DNA from: Camelus dromedarius | Lineage: Eukaryota | DNA length: 64,000 nt | Reading direction: 5' to 3' | Assembly (NCBI RefSeq): GCF_036321535.1 | Contig: NC_087436.1 | Coordinates: forward strand, 68,512,001 to 68,576,000 | Part shown: piece after piece, positions 11,744 to 23,160 of the stretch | Position numbering within the stretch: position 1 is the first letter of the stretch | How the letters are laid out: each line of letters starts with the position of its first letter | Notes under the pieces: generated by a model | Databases searched by the model: none | What the model was told of the DNA's origin: nothing | The model's input: the letters and a program-made list of their open reading frames with translations, nothing else | Program-made: the position numbers and the translations under genes

Positions 11744-14325
11744 CTGAAAGAAAAGTAAATCATCAATCTGGTGAAAATTTAAGTTCTTCATTTATTCATT
11801 CAGCAAGTATTTAGTGATTGTGTATTATAATACTATAAAGAGGAATTCTTCTGGATCAAGTGAAAAAGAACTTGCCTCATATCTACTGTTTCCAAAACTT
11901 TGTTTACACTATTTCCTTACCCTGGGATTTATTACATTCTCTTCCACTTCCTCCCCCTCCTCCCATACCTTTTCCATTAAAATCATATTATCTGGGCTTC
12001 CAATAATTCAAGTTGGTTAACTAATAATATCTACTTACCACCTTTCCCTACAGGGAGATCCCTCTGAAGTAGTAAAATAATAAACTGACATAAAATGACA
12101 ATGAGAAAGAGAATGGAAGAGAGGACTATCTGTGGACACACAAATTTAACTTCTGGAAGATGGAAAACAAATGAAAACGTGGTAACTGATGAAACAGAGT
12201 AAAAGCAGAAGCGGCCTAAAGTAAGCTCACAAGATACTGTCCTGGATGAGGAGTGAAGCTGTTATGCCAGGAGAAAGCCCTAACTATGCAGAACTAGGAA
12301 ACTCGAGATCTGAAGGAGCTAAAGAGACAGGAAATAAAAACAGAGCAATTCAAAGAAAATTTATATTTTCTGAGAACAGTAGATGCCCTCCCCCCACTTT
12401 CCCTATCCCCATAAATGCAGAGCTCAAAAACAGTATTCCATTGTCGCAGTTTTAAACATTACCAGCATCTATGGATAACCAGACACTAAGTTTCTAAAAT
12501 AAAAGAGGAAGATCAAGATATAAATTTTAAAAAATGAAAAAGAAAAAGGCCCAAGAGGAAACTAATAGCAAGGATGAGGAAGATAATTCCAAAAAAAAAA
12601 AAAAGAAAACACACACAAAAAAGAAAATGCTAATTAGCACCTTCAAGAGAGATTTGAGGTAATAATGGGCTCACAAATCAGAAATGGTATACTATAAGCA
12701 CAAGACAGAGAGTGAGAAAAATTCTTAATAATTAAAAACATGATTACCTAAAATAATGCAGTAATTATGAAACAGCTAAGGATACTTCTAGAGAGAAAAA
12801 AAAAACAGAACAAAAGTCAAAGAGATGGAAAATGGGAGGAAAATAAAACAAAGATCTAAGAAATCAGAGAGTCCAACTTCTGACCAATAGTTATTCCAGA
12901 CAGAACAAAAAGGCAAGAGATAAAAATCTAAAAGATATACAATCAAATTCCCCAAATCTGTAGGACATAAGTGGTCAGTATAATGAAAATTCAAGAAGAT
13001 CCATACTTAGGAATATGAGTGAAATATTAGAAAAATTGAGTATAAAAAGATGCTAGAATGTTTCAAAAAAGAGAAAATAGGTAACGCCAGTAAAGAAGCA
13101 GTCCCCATCAATGGAAACAACAGGAAAAATAAAAAACACAGACATGCTGAAATTACAGATGGAGAGTAATACTGTGATACTCTGGGTCCTATAGTCTAAT
13201 TGTAAAATCTACAAAGTTAAATTTTCTATTTGAAAATTGGACAGTAATAGATGAATAGTATGCTTTTAAAAGTAAGTATATTATTATCACAAAATGCTTA
13301 GTAAGCTTCACTTTTACTTGGCCCAATGGAATATAAATGACCCCATCTCATGTAGACATTCTCTTTACCCTACTCATGCTCTAACATCCTGAGCTGGTCC
13401 ACCCTTCTGACTCAACTAAGGCTCCTACACACTCCTCTGGGTCACAGTAGCTTCCCATCCATAGGGACTGCTACCTTGCTTGGCCCCACCTAACGGTTTT
13501 TGGATTGAATTATCCTGGAAGCTGAAGACCTCTACTACATTTTAAGAAATTTCGAGAGCAGAGATTGTGTCTTAAGCTAGTTTACAGTCTTCCCAGAGCC
13601 TTGCCTAGTGCATTGTATATCACATAAACACCATTTTTTGTTATCTTTTTGACATGCCAAATACATAAGACCAAAAACTTTTGAGATAAAAATGTCTTTC
13701 TTTAAAGAAGGTGAGAGTGTTTCACATAGCCTCTATCTTCAGGAGGTATCTAAGGAGCAAAAGATTACGTCTATTTTATAGGTAGCAAACTAAGGAACAA
13801 AAACATCTAACAAGATTGCTTTTCATCACAAGTCATTTGATGGAAACTTAACTGAAGCACTAAGGTCTCTCATCAGTACTCAGCGTTCTGAAATACTTAA
13901 GTAAACCCCTGAGAATGTTGGTTAACTACCTTCCAAGGGCTAATTTAAGGTCTCCCTTCTATTTTCACACAATAAATTGAAAGAATCAAATTTGTACAAT
14001 GAATGTTTCTGAATATTAAATAACCCCTGTAAAGTATTCTGTTCCTCTTTTAAATAGAAAAATTTTAAGGCTAAGATAGCTCATTCATTCAGCAAATACA
14101 AATCGAGCACCGCTAAATGTTATTTAGGCTTGCTAGAAAACAAGTGGAGAACAAGACAAACGAGGTCTCTTAATTCTAAATTAAAAGTTAGAATAGAGAA
14201 AATTTTAATTTTCAAAATACACATTCAAAAACTTCTACTTCAACTCATTTTTCATTCAATTTCAATTTTAGTTTCTTCCATTCACTGTGAGATTATGTTT
14301 CTCAAAGAAAGTAATACACAACACA

Positions 14326-14549
14326 GCAGAGCTTCTTAATCCCAGCACCACTGACATTTTGGGCTGGATAACTTTTGTTGTGAGGGCCTGCCCTGTGCAT
14401 TTTAGAATGTTTAGCGGCATCCCTGGCCTCCACTCATTAGGTGCTCTTAGCACCCCCTCATCTATGCCCTCTCAAGACAACCAGAAATTTTTGCAGACAT
14501 CTCCAAATGTCTCCTACAGGACAAAATCACACCAGGTTAGAAACCACCG
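14326..14549. mobile_element. MER20 (hAT-Charlie) DNA transposon
   Basis: gacattttgggctggataacttttgttgtg...gtttagcggcatccctggcctccac...ccaaatgtctcc...gaaaccac matches the MER20 consensus. Confidence 0.88.
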
Positions 14550-15099
14550 AAGTCCAGGACTGAGTGAGGATAATCTCTCAACTCCTCTCTCCCCTCATCT
14601 TTTAAACGAATTATGACACAAAGTCAGATATTAGAACTAAAAGGCTCAAAGCAGTTCTAAGTTTATGATAGACATTTTAAAAGCAAACCTATGGTCAAAA
14701 GAATGAGAAGACAGCAGGATGGACCAGCAGCTGCTCTTCCAAGTTCCGTTTTGTCTATCTCTTTCTTCCTCAGTCTCAGAATCTAAGTGCAGTCCCCTAG
14801 GAAGCCCATTACACAGAGAAGGAAAGAGAACTTTGAAAGAGGGAGACAAGGGCAATGATTACAGAAGGCTGACGGGAGGCATGGAAAGCAGGAAAAGCAG
14901 TTTAGCGCGAGAACTACGACAAGCTTCAACCAGTCTAAGCTTCCCACATTCTGAAGGACATCATCCTAGAAGTAGGAGAAATTCGTTAACAGAAAGGCAG
15001 AGACCACAGTGAGAAAATAAACTGTTAATAATATCATTGATATTATGATTATTGATCACAGATTTTAAATGAATGTCAACACTGATACAAATAAAATAC

Positions 15100-15530
15100 T
15101 GATCATGGTATTAAAGAAAGAGAGAAAGAATGAGAAGACAAGCCACAGAACACAGGCTGGGAGAAAACATTTACAAAAGGCAAATCTGATAAGGACTGTT
15201 ATCCAAAATATACAGAGAACTCTTAAAACTCAATAATAAGAAAACAACCCAATTAAAAAATAAGACCTTAACAGACACCTCACCTAAGAAGATGTACAGA
15301 TGGCAAATAAGCATTTGAAAAGATGTTCCACACATGTCAAAGGGAAATGCAAATTAAAATGAGATACCATTACACACCTATAAAAATGACCAAAATCTAG
15401 AAGAACAACTCCAAATGTGGAACAATGGAAATTCTCACTCATATTGCAATGCAAAATGGCACAGCCACTTTGGAAGACACTTTCATGGCTTATCACAAAA
15501 GTAAACATACTCTTACCATATGATCCATCA
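15100..15530 (+). mobile_element. LINE-1 ORF2 3' fragment
   Basis: acagacacctcacctaagaagatgtacagatggcaaataagcat...atgagataccattacacacct. Confidence 0.8.
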
Positions 15531-15617
15531 TTTTTTTCCTCAATCAACAGTATCAAAGGGTGGTATAGAGAATACTTTTTACCATAAGCACGTACATTGT
15601 TTACATTATATATAATG

Positions 15618-16075
15618 GTTAACTGAAAAAAAAAATGCACAAGTTAATATCTGCAAGTTAAGTTTTACTTGGGGACCTTACTGAGAACTATAGGCCGTAT
15701 CTAAGGTCTCTCAGATAACTGAGGAATGGTTCCAAAGAGGTAAGGGAGGAGTCAGGACATACAGGAGTTTTTTGGGGGACGGGGGTGGGGGGACAGATAG
15801 TCAAACATCAAAAGATTACTGCTGATTATAAAAAACGGACACCTCAAGTTCATTATTTTAGTGTTTCCCTAATATGGGAAGCTGCAAGAGTCTGGACTCA
15901 TTGAAATTATTCCTCAAATAAGTATCTTATCTATCTAGGTCCATTATCCTGTTTTTCTCTGTTCTGACTTCCCCTCAGGCACATGACACCGAGGCGGGCA
16001 GCTGCAGTTGCGGGTGGTTTGAAGGTGGGCACTACGAAATGTTTACCGAAATGGCAGGCAATATTCTTAGTCCAT
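15618..16075 (-). mobile_element. ERV1-class solo LTR (MER41-like) in CENPC intron 1
   Basis: agttttacttggggaccttactgag...ctctcagataactgagg...ccaaagaggtaaggg...caaaagattactgct, typical of artiodactyl ERV1 LTRs. Confidence 0.6.
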
Positions 16076-16479
16076 AATACAGGCCTCTATGCATACAAGC
16101 ACACATACATATCTCTATTACAAATGCGAGTTAATCGATACTGAATTTTCTTAAAAGGAATGATAAAGTAGAAAATACAAGTTAATCAGTTGTATAAAAT
16201 ACAGTAACTACAAACGAAGTCTGAAATACAGAATAGTGAGTACCAAGGGAGTCCAGAAACATGCAAACAAAAAATGAGTTCCCGCCCCCTTCAGCCATTC
16301 ACAGCTGGCACTTTTAAGTTGCAGCTGCCTTTCAGAAAACTTTATCTGTCAATAGCAGATGTCCGCCTCTCCAGACCAACAAGTCTGAAGCAAAGGCACA
16401 TTTTCAAGGCGTTTCAATACTTCTCTGGCCAGAAACTTCTATGGAGGACTGGGAAATAGAGTTAGGCAAAAAAGTAGAA

Positions 16480-17110
16480 ACCACAAGAGAAAGATGCCGT
16501 CACACCCGGGACTACAAGACGCCTTGAGGAAACAATACAAGTAAATTAACTCTGGCAATCCGCACACGATCACTCCCACTTCAAATAATTGGCGCGGCTG
16601 TCCCAGTGAAACCCCCCACAAGCCACAACACCTGTTAACGCTTCATTCTTCCCCGCCTCAGCGCGGGCGCCGGGCCTGCACTTACCAGACCCCAGGCAGC
16701 CATGTTCGGGCCCGGCAGTGCCCGCGGAGGTGGTTGGGGCGGAAGTCCACACGGTCCGTAGCTCCAAGCAGCCCGGTAAGGACCCAGCCACTCGGGTAGC
16801 AGCCAAAGTGGGAGCCCAGCAGCGCCCTGAGGCGAGAGCGGGCGGGAGGTACCGGGAACTCGGGAGCTACGACGCGGCGAGCGCGCCGACCCGCGCACCG
16901 CGCCCTACGCAATTTAAAACCAGCTGCACATGCGCAAAGCGGGTCGTACGCCTCCAGACGGAGAAAGCCGTTACGGGCCCTCCCCCTCACTTGTACTCTC
17001 CCTCAGGACGGCCTTACGTAACTCCGCCCTTCATTCTTCCAGTAGCCCCGCCCATCATCTCGTAGTCCTACCCTCATCCTCCTGTCGCGCCTTCGTCACC
17101 TCCTCCTCTT
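16480..17110. promoter_or_regulatory. CpG island / CENPC promoter and 5' UTR
   Basis: Only GC- and CpG-rich stretch in the window; spans CENPC exon 1; contains NRF1-like TGCACATGCGCA (16925-16936), GC boxes (17024-17029, 17046-17053) and TTTAAA (16913-16918). Confidence 0.9.
16686..16703 (-). CDS. CENPC: Centromere protein C, coding exon 1 (MAAWGL)
   Basis: Minus strand reads ATGGCTGCCTGGGGTCTG|gtaagt inside the CpG island; matches the recalled human start MAASGL and splices in phase to exon 2. Confidence 0.93.
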
Positions 17111-17664
17111 CCCCCTTCCCCTTTTCCACTCGGACTCTGCCCTTCATGTGGAGGTGTAAAACTTCTCGACAATTCTATCATATAGTGAAAAGTCAAACTT
17201 GGAAGGCTAAGAGGTACAAATTGCAGAAGTCGTTTGAAGAGAAATATTTCACTGTGAAGCCTTGTCAGTCACACCCAGCCCTTTTATGTATCATCTCTGA
17301 AAGCAATAATGGTATAATAATAATAATAATGAAGATGGATGATGTATTCTTTTTTCAAATATGTGGATAATATTTTCTTGAGGTATTGGCAACAAAATTA
17401 TTCTATGTAAGTAACCAATTAAGTATGATGTCCTGAAAGGAGTCGTAAATCGGGAGTTTTGAAACCTGCTCACTGGACTAGCTATGTCATCTAGGACAAG
17501 CTGTGGCACGCTTCTGGCTGTTTCCTTAATGACATAATGGGAAAGTTAAGTTAGAGGCTCTGAAGACTTGACCTCACCATTTTATGATTCTGTGAAACTA
17601 TGTCCTATTTTTTTAATGATTTAATGAAAAATTGCAAGGGAATTTTCATCAGAAAATACATTAC

Positions 17665-18648
17665 CATCTCAGACAAAGGAAACAAAAGCAAAAATAAACA
17701 AATGGGACTATGTCAAGCTAAAAAGCTTTTGCACAGTGAAGGAAATTATCATCTAGATGAAAAGGCCACCTGCTGAATAGAAGTGATATATGTGATAAGG
17801 GGTAAATATCCAAAATGTACGAAGAACTCACACAATGCAACTTCCAAAAGGCAAACAACCCAGTTAAAAAATGAGTAGAGGATCTGAATAGACATTTTTC
17901 CAAAGAAGATATACAGATGGCTAACAGGCACATGAAAATATGTTCAACATCATTAATCAACAGGTAAATGTAAATCAAAACCACAAGCAGATGTCACCAA
18001 CAAATAACAAGTGTTGGCAAAGATGTGGAGAAAAGGGAACCCTTGTGTACTGTTGGTGGGAATGTAAACTGGTGCAGCCACCATGGAAAACAGTATGGAG
18101 ATTCCACAAAAAAATTAAAAATAAAACTACCATATGATCCATCAATTCCACGCCTGGGTATTTATCCAAGGAAAACAAAAACACTAATTCAAAAAGATTC
18201 ACGCTCCCCAATATTCAGAGTAGTATATTTACAATGGCCAAGATATAGAAGCAACTTAAGTGCCTATTGACAGAAGAATGAAGATGTGGGATATATATAT
18301 ATACAATAAAGTATTATTCTACCATAAAAAGAATGAAATCCTGCTGTTTGTGACAACATGGAGGAACCTAGAGAGTATTCACTACATGAAATAAGTCAGA
18401 CAGAGAAAGACAAATACTACATGATTTTACTTATATGTGAAATCTAAAAAAAAAATGAACAAACTTAACAAAACAGAGATGGTTATAGATACAGAGAACA
18501 AACAGGTGGTTGCCAGAGGGTAGGGGTATGAGAGGAGGAGAGAAATAGGTGAGGGAGATTAAGAGTTACAAACTTCCAGTTGCAAAATAAATCAGTCACA
18601 GGTATGAAATACACAGTGTGGGGAGTATAGTCAATAACTATGTAATAA
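17665..18648 (+). mobile_element. LINE-1 (L1MA-like) ORF2 end + 3' UTR with 12-bp TSD
   Basis: Canonical L1 3' text; TSD aaaatacattac at 17653-17664 and 18649-18660. Confidence 0.9.
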
Positions 18649-19065
18649 AAAATACATTACTTATTGAATACATTCATTAATCAAGAGTTGAGCTAATAAA
18701 TGTTTAAAACTTGTAATGCTTTAATAAATGTTATCACCTGCTAAGACCCTTTTTTGGTAGGGAAGAGGGGTTAAAAATTAACTCTGAAATCAGATAAGTC
18801 CGGGTTCCACTCTAATCCACTAATTCTGCCATCATGCGCAAGTTAATTAAACTATATATTTCTCAATTCTCTTGTCTGTGAAATGGGAATAATGTTAAAG
18901 CTGTTGAGATATGGATTAATTCCTTTTTAGATCTAGTTGAAATGCCTTGAACATACCAAGATTTCAATCGATCATGCTATTGAAATTATTATAGAGCTTT
19001 TTTAACTTGGTCTAGCAGAAATTTTGCCAACAAGACTACATTATATAATTCTGTCTCACATTTGG

Positions 19066-19157
19066 TAATTTTTTTCCCTTAACAAAGGCACCGGGGATTG
19101 AACCCAGGACCTCATGAATGCCAAGCATACACTCTACCACTGAGCTATCCCTTGACC
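19066..19157 (-). mobile_element. tRNA-Ala-derived SINE (camelid Vic-1-like)
   Basis: ggggattgaacccaggacctc...ctctaccactgagctat; TSD ctcacatttgg at 19055-19065 and 19158-19168. Confidence 0.85.
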
Positions 19158-19179
19158 CTCACATTTGGAATAGATAACA

Positions 19180-19425
19180 ATGTACACTACCATTTATTGA
19201 GTGCACACTGTATGGCAAGTTCTATCCCAAATGCTTTCCATGCAGTAACTTATTTAATTCTTAGAACATTTCTATGAGAAAAGATAATTAATAAGCATAT
19301 TTTATAAACAACAGAACTGAGACACACTTTAAGTAACTTTCTCAAGATCACACTACCATTAAAGGCAGAGCTGGGGATAAACATTAGTATTCTGACTCCA
19401 GAACTTGGCACTTAGTTACTATACT
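19180..19425 (-). mobile_element. MIR SINE
   Basis: catttattgagtgcac...gaactgagacac...aagtaactttctcaagatcacac...ggcagagctggg...tctgactccag. Confidence 0.7.
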
Positions 19426-20371
19426 CTTTTTACCTTCAGTGAGAAATTTTAGCAAGCACAATGATAGATATACATTTCACATGTAAAATTATATCCTCTA
19501 GCTTCCACTGGAAACTAACTCTCAGAGGTATTTTGAGGAACCTGAAATGTAATGACATACTCGTGTAGAATGCAGGGGTTGTTGGCAAGGAACCGGTCTG
19601 TTCTAGAAAGTAAATGGAACAGTATCCTTATGAAAACAAAAAGTTATGGAGACACCACAGTTCCCAAACTTTTCGGTTCCCTCTGCATGTGTCCTAGTAT
19701 TTAATCGCCTCAGCACAGTTTGAGCATCCTAAAATAGGGCTGCTAGTTGATGGAGTAATGTTTATAAAACCCAGATCTGTCATTACAAACGTCCCCCTAC
19801 CAAAAAAAAAATTAAGATCAGTCCTTATGAACTTCTATGACAACTGACTAAAATCTTGAGGTTTTCCACCACAACTACTTACCTGGGTAAGTGGTATATG
19901 TGTGTGTATTTATGTATCTGTCTGTGGAACTATGTGTATTAAATACGTATATAGAGAAAAAGGTGTACAGAAATTTAACTTGAAAGAGAAGTAGAAACTT
20001 TTAGTTACTTATGATCTTATGTTGTAGATAATTTCAAATTTATAATTGTTAAAACTATTTTAGAGAATATTTTAACCTTAAAAATGACACTCCAAAAATC
20101 AATTTTTCTAGAAATTATGACATAGTTTCAATTACAACTTGAAATTCACTTTATTCATAATAGACTCAACTGGCAATCTTCCCATCAACTGGTGAATGAA
20201 TAAGCAAATTGTAGTGCATCCATTCTGAGGAATCAGCAATAAAAATAAACTAATGAGACAGGCAATAACATAGATGAATCTCAAAATGCTGTACTAAGTG
20301 AAAAAAGCCAGACATCAAAGTCTATCCACTGTATGAGTCCATGTAGGTGACTACATAAAACTAGAGGAACA

Positions 20372-20796
20372 CCATTTGCAGCAACATGGATGCTCCTGGA
20401 GAATGTCATTCTAAGTGAAGTAAGCCAGAAAGAGAAAGAAAAATACCATATGAGATCGCTCATATGTGGAATCTAAAAAACAAAAACAAACAAACAAACA
20501 AAAACAAAGCGTAAATAAAGGACAGAAATAGACTCACAGACAGAGAATACAGACTTGTGGTTACCAGGGGGGTGGAGGGTGGGAAGGGATAGACTGGGAT
20601 TTCAAAATTGTAGAATAGACTACACTGTATAGCATAGGGAAATATACACAAAATGTTATGATAACTCACAGAGAAAAAAATGTGACAATGAGTGTGTATA
20701 TGTCCATGAATGACTGAAAAATTGTGCTGAACACTGGAATTTGACACAACATTGTAAAATGATTATAAATCAATAAAAAATGTTAAAAAAAAAAAA
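20372..20796 (+). mobile_element. Young lineage-specific L1 3' end nested in an older L1 3' UTR (about 20180-21020)
   Basis: ccatttgcagcaacatggatg...aataaa plus uninterrupted A-tail; TSD aaaacta(g/t)aggaaca at 20357-20371 and 20797-20811. Confidence 0.88.
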
Positions 20797-21078
20797 AAAA
20801 CTATAGGAACAGAAATGAGATCAGTGATTGTCAGGGGATGAGGTCAGGGGGAAGGAGCCAGGAAGGAACTTTTTATGGTGGTGAAAATAATTCAAGTCTT
20901 GATTATGGTGGTAGTTACATGACTATACATATTTGTCAAAACTCCTGTAACTGTGCTTCTAGAAAAAAAAAAGATGACTTTTGCTGTAAATTATATCTCA
21001 ATAAACTTTACTTGAAAAATTAAGAACATGAGAGAGAGAAAAAAAAAAGCATATCAACCAAATGCAATGTGTGAATTT

Positions 21079-21178
21079 CAGTTTTACTAATTTTTTTAGT
21101 GGAGGTACTGGTGATTGAACCCAGGACCTCATGCAGGCTAAGCACACACTCTATCACTGAACTATACCCTACTCACCA
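21079..21178 (-). mobile_element. tRNA-Ala-derived SINE (Vic-1-like)
   Basis: ggaggtactggtgattgaacccaggacctc...actgaactataccct; TSD aatgtgtgaattt at 21066-21078 and 21179-21191. Confidence 0.85.
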
Positions 21179-22489
21179 AATGTGTGAATTTTGATCCAAG
21201 TCTGGTTGAGAACAAAGAAGCTATACAGAGCATTAAGCAACAGTAGAAAACTAAAGTATTGATTATTGAATGACAGGGAATTGTACATTTTTTTAAGATA
21301 GTATAATGCTATCTTGCTGCTGGAAGAGAATGTCCTTACTCTTTCATATTCTTTTCCCATCTACATACATTCACTTTAGTAGCCTTTTCTGACAAAATTA
21401 TCCTCAGATACAAAGGCTCTACAGGACTGTAATTGCCGAGTTAATAAAGTGTGCTTGTAATATGCACACAATAGGTGGCAGCAGCGTTCACCAAAAGCAA
21501 AACAAAGCAAAACAAAACCCCCCAAAACAAAGAACAATATTATGCACTGGATCTTAGAGGTCTGCGTGGAGTCCGTACGTTTAAAGTGCTGTATTACAAA
21601 CTGACTGAGCTTTATGTTTCCTAAATTACTTTTGTGTCAACTGTTTGAGTCTTAGTTGCAATTATATTTTATTATATATACACTGTTTCTCTTAACAAGA
21701 ACACAACAAATCTCTATCCTGTAGCCAATAGTTTACTTCTCTTCAGTGTAATTCTTACCTCATACAAAGGAGCTTTTGTCGTTTAAAACACACTTCAACT
21801 TTCAACACTTTAATAATGTAGTTCTGCGTTATAATTTTAACCTTGCAAAGACAAATTACTTTGCTGGTACTAAGCAAAAATTTAAATAATGTACATTCAT
21901 ATTTTTGACATGGAAATGTGCTCTGGATACATTATTTGAAAAATGCAGTTTATCAAACAGCATGTACATTATTTACCTGATTACATAAATATATACAAGT
22001 AGAGAAAAAGTGCCGGAAAAGTGCCAAAAAAGTGATGATACATATCCAAACAGTGCTAATGGTATGGATAGTAGAATAAGATGTGATTTTTTTTAAATAT
22101 ATGATTTTCATTCCCTTCTTTATGCTTTTCTTTTGCTTAAACTTATATAATTTTTCTACTTATAATAAAAAATAAGACATTATTTAAGTTAATTGTGTAT
22201 AGGACATGATATGTAAGATGTTTGTAAATTCAAGTGCCTACAGAAATTTGTAAACAATAAAATGCCAAAACTAGAGCTTATTGGCAACCCCTACCAGTAA
22301 GAGATTTATGAGGTAAATGAAATAGGTAGGTAAACTGCAAAGACATGAGGTAGAAATGATGTGCTGTTGACATAAAGAAAATTTGTCAGATATTGAAAAA
22401 CTGTTCATGTTTGCAAAATGCAACTAAATGGTGGAGTACCTCCAATGTTAGGATAACTTTGCACTTGTTCCTATAGACATTAAGGAACT

Positions 22490-23160
22490 GTATTGATCTG
22501 AGGTCAGTTACATAAGTTTATGATAGCTAATTTAAGCATTTATCAGCTTGCGGAATTGTTGGGAGGGATGGGGAAATAACAAATTTTGGGCTTTCAGAAA
22601 TAATTTCCAAAGATACACAGCAGAACTGAACCACCAAGAGCCAGCCGCTACATGTACAGTCAAGAAGCAATCTGGAAACTGGGAAGCTGATGCCAATGCT
22701 GGAGTCTCCAGAGCCATGCTGATACTGCGTAAGCAGAAAATGACCATAATTACAAAACTGCCATTTCAAGGAAGCCACCACAAATAAGAAGCCTCTACGA
22801 GCAGGAAGCATCCTTACCACTCCTGGCTTCAGAAACACACCATACCATACCATATCTAATTGTTATCAGAAAACCAATGTTCCATGCCTTGACTATCAAC
22901 ACTCATGAAACTAGTGATCAGACACTGAGACTTCTGATAACATTGCTATCAAAAAGTCAGATGCCTAACCATGCTGGCCCCTAGAAAAACCAAAGGCAGT
23001 GATAGAATGAATTCTGTCTGTTCTGCCTTCCCAGCATTAAATGCATGACCACTCTAGCTGCAAAGAGGTCTGGGAAATGTAATTTTCAGCTTTTCAGCCT
23101 CTGCAGTAAAGAATGGCACACTAGAAAGGGTTGGAACAGATGGAAGGCACCAACCTGCGA
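22490..23160 (-). mobile_element. Old ERVL-class LTR (LTR33-like)
   Basis: ctctagctgcaaagaggtctgggaaatgtaattttcagcttttcagcctctg motif; boundaries uncertain. Confidence 0.45.

Noticed and set aside
16570..17370. Several overlapping 78-146 aa ORFs on both strands
   Set aside because: Expected from stop-codon scarcity in a CpG island; only the 18-nt CENPC exon 1 has splice and homology support.
17718..18270. Cluster of ORFs with L1-like peptides
   Set aside because: Frameshifted L1 ORF2 remnants and their antisense frames; not a functional CDS.
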